The translations under genes were made by a program, and so were the position numbers. The notes under the pieces were generated by a model. It saw only the letters and a list, made by a program, of their open reading frames with translations, made no database searches and was not told the origin of the DNA. Positions 61,980-64,000 of a stretch of 64,000 bases of DNA are shown here, piece after piece; within the stretch, counting starts at the first letter, position 1, and each line of letters begins with the position of its first letter. The stretch spans positions 4,032,001 through 4,096,000 of the forward strand of contig OZ245006.1 of the NCBI GenBank assembly GCA_965223545.1, written 5' to 3'. The DNA comes from Planctomycetota bacterium. Lineage in GTDB: Bacteria > Planctomycetota > UBA1135 > UBA2386.

Positions 61980-64000
61980 TTGATCGCCGCGCGGCCGGGC
62001 TGCTGCCCCAGCCGGCCGCGTGCTCTTGCCCCATCAGGCAGCCCCATCGAACTCGAAGACGATCCTCTGTCACCGCGATCCTGTGTTCCCAAGCGGAGCG
62101 CGGTCCTGGCGATCGGCGCGACCGGTTGGCTGGTCGTCGCGGCGGGGGCGCAGCCGATCCCGATGGCGCCCCCGTTGGATGTTCGCGGCGCCTTGCTCGA
62201 GGTGGTCGCGCCGGCGGACATCGAGTTCGGCGTGCCACCGCGGATGTTCCGCAGCGCGACGTTGGATCGATTCTTGCGCAAGGCGCAACAGCTGTTCTCG
62301 CGCGAGGATTTCGCCGGTGCGATCCGCGTCCTGCAAGACGTGCTGGAGGGGCGGGTCGAGCCCGGCGCGCTGGCCGGCGAGCCGCTCGAAGGGACCGACG
62401 GCACCGCGTCGGGCCAGCCGGAGGACGAAGCCGCCGGCGAAGAGGCAGTGGAGTCGGTCGAGGACGATCCCCGGCACGCGGTCTACAGCGCCGACGAACG
62501 CGTGTTCCGGCCGGTGCGCGGGCTGTGCCACGAGCTGCTGACCTCGATGCCGCCCGTCGGCCGGACGCAGTATCGGCAGATGTACGAGGTGTCCGCCGAG
62601 CGGGCGTTCGAGGCGGCGATGGCGGTGCGCGATCGCGCCGGGCTCGAGCGCGTCTACGACTCGTACTTCGTCACCCACGCCGCCGCCCGCGCGATGGCGG
62701 CCGCGGCCGATCTGTTGATGCACGACGGTCGCTTCCGCGCCGCGGCGGAGACGCTGCGGCTGCTGCTCGAGGTCTACCCGGACGAGCTGCGCCGTCAGGT
62801 GCCGGAGGCCGACGAGAGCTATCTGCGGATTCGGCTGGCGCTGTGTCTCGCCATGATGGGCGAGACCGACCGCGCCGCGGCGGCGCTCGCTCGGCTGCGC
62901 GAGCAGCGCGGCGACGAGGCCGTGCGGGTCATGGGGGAGTTGGTGGCGGTCGACGATCTCGCCGAGGGCCCGCTTCTGTCGGAGGCCGACCGAGTGGTGC
63001 CGCCATCGGTCGGCGACGATGCCTCGGCGGCGGCGCTCGACGCCGTCTCGACGAGAGATGCCCTGGTGCCACTGTGGGAGTTCCGCTTCACCGAGACGGA
63101 TCCCTACCGACCCGCGGTGTCCGAGGGCCGACGGGTGAATCGGTTCGGGCCGTCCACCGGCCGAGCGGGGCTGCTGCCCCGCGTGTCCCAGTACTCACCA
63201 GCGACCACCGCGATGTTCGACGGTGACCGGCTGGTGTTCCTGGACCACTTCAGGCTGCGGGTGAGCGACCTCGATTCCGGCATGATGCTCTTGGAGACGG
63301 GCGGTCTGCTGCAGGCGCCGACGCCGCAGCAGGGCCATCCGCGCGTCCGCATCGCCGCCTACGACTGGGGCAACATGCAGGTCGTCGCCGATGGCCAGCG
63401 CTACTACTGCGTGCTGGGCCCCGGTGCGGGCGGCGCCGCCGGCTACTACGCAGTGCTCAACAACGAGTTGGTCGCCTACGACCGCACGACGCTGGCGCAG
63501 GTCTGGACGTCGCACGACCGCGCCGTCGACCGCGCGCGCCGGCCGTCGTTCATGGCGGCGCCCGCGGTCTACGGCAACCAGCTGTTGGCGCCGGTGCTGA
63601 TCGACGACGCCTACGCCCTGCTCGGCATGGACAGCGCCACCGGTCAGGTGTTGTTCGAGACCCACCTACACATGGGCGGAACCGATCTGGTGCGCGCACC
63701 GGGATCGCCGGTCGTCGTCGACGGCGGCACGGCCTACGTGCTGACCAATGCCGGCGGCATTGGCGCGGTCGACGTCTTCAGCGGCCAGCTGCGCTGGGTG
63801 CGGCGCTACGAGCGCACCCATCCGATCCGTCCCAACCGCGCGCGTCAGCTGCAGACGCAGACCGTCAATCAGGGCTTTGCCCGCGAGACCAGCTTGTACG
63901 GCTTCGTGCCCGCCGCGCCGGTCGTTCTCGAGGGCCGCGTGATCGTCGCGCCGGCAGACGGCGAGGTGTTGGTCTGTCTCGACGGCGCGACCGGCGATCT
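61980..64000 (+). CDS. Large exported TPR plus PQQ/BamB-like beta-propeller protein (partial)
   Basis: Not in the ORF track (no stop in window); frame reads KRSAVLAIGATGWLVVAAGAQ...AQQLFSREDFAGAIRVLQ...AAPAVYGNQL...DSATGQVLF...DVFSGQLRW...LDGATGD; start uncertain (61974-62163). Confidence 0.78.
   Translation, partial: MIAARPGCCPSRPRALAPSGSPIELEDDPLSPRSCVPKRSAVLAIGATGWLVVAAGAQPIPMAPPLDVRGALLEVVAPADIEFGVPPRMFRSATLDRFLRKAQQLFSREDFAGAIRVLQDVLEGRVEPGALAGEPLEGTDGTASGQPEDEAAGEEAVESVEDDPRHAVYSADERVFRPVRGLCHELLTSMPPVGRTQYRQMYEVSAERAFEAAMAVRDRAGLERVYDSYFVTHAAARAMAAAADLLMHDGRFRAAAETLRLLLEVYPDELRRQVPEADESYLRIRLALCLAMMGETDRAAAALARLREQRGDEAVRVMGELVAVDDLAEGPLLSEADRVVPPSVGDDASAAALDAVSTRDALVPLWEFRFTETDPYRPAVSEGRRVNRFGPSTGRAGLLPRVSQYSPATTAMFDGDRLVFLDHFRLRVSDLDSGMMLLETGGLLQAPTPQQGHPRVRIAAYDWGNMQVVADGQRYYCVLGPGAGGAAGYYAVLNNELVAYDRTTLAQVWTSHDRAVDRARRPSFMAAPAVYGNQLLAPVLIDDAYALLGMDSATGQVLFETHLHMGGTDLVRAPGSPVVVDGGTAYVLTNAGGIGAVDVFSGQLRWVRRYERTHPIRPNRARQLQTQTVNQGFARETSLYGFVPAAPVVLEGRVIVAPADGEVLVCLDGATGD

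Overview
High-GC (about 70% by eye), gene-dense bacterial chromosome segment. Gene content points to Planctomycetota, probably an uncultured OM190/Pla3-like lineage (inference from the TIGR02999 ECF plus Ser/Thr kinase pair, a membrane-tethered ECF, and FG-GAP, HEAT and beta-propeller proteins). Left to right: a partial cupin; two glycosyltransferases; a secreted FG-GAP protein divergent from an ECF43-type sigma and WD40 Ser/Thr kinase; a solitary contractile-tail sheath gene; a DUF1538 x2 + PII-like module; a membrane-anchored ECF sigma; a carbamoyltransferase-SxtJ-DUF5989 trio with a GT-C-like membrane protein; an alternative complex III (actABCDEF) + SCO + A2-type caa3 oxidase operon; SNF2 + SWIM; nhaD; a metallophosphoesterase; parAB with a parS site inside parB; a YfgM-like/degenerate cyclophilin fusion; a PIG-L deacetylase; an XRE regulator with an operator-like palindrome; a run of MA peptidase, DUF374, Bor, dapF, lemA, TPR and M48 genes; a small compositionally atypical two-gene islet; and two divergent beta-propeller proteins. 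I saw no rRNA, tRNA, CRISPR array, integrase or transposase. Most unusual: (1) the orphan sheath gene behind a phospho-activated ECF module, (2) a paired EF-hand insert in ActE, (3) the YfgM-pseudo-cyclophilin fusion, (4) the XRE/palindrome/small-ORF switch. All family calls are by manual motif recognition, not database searches.
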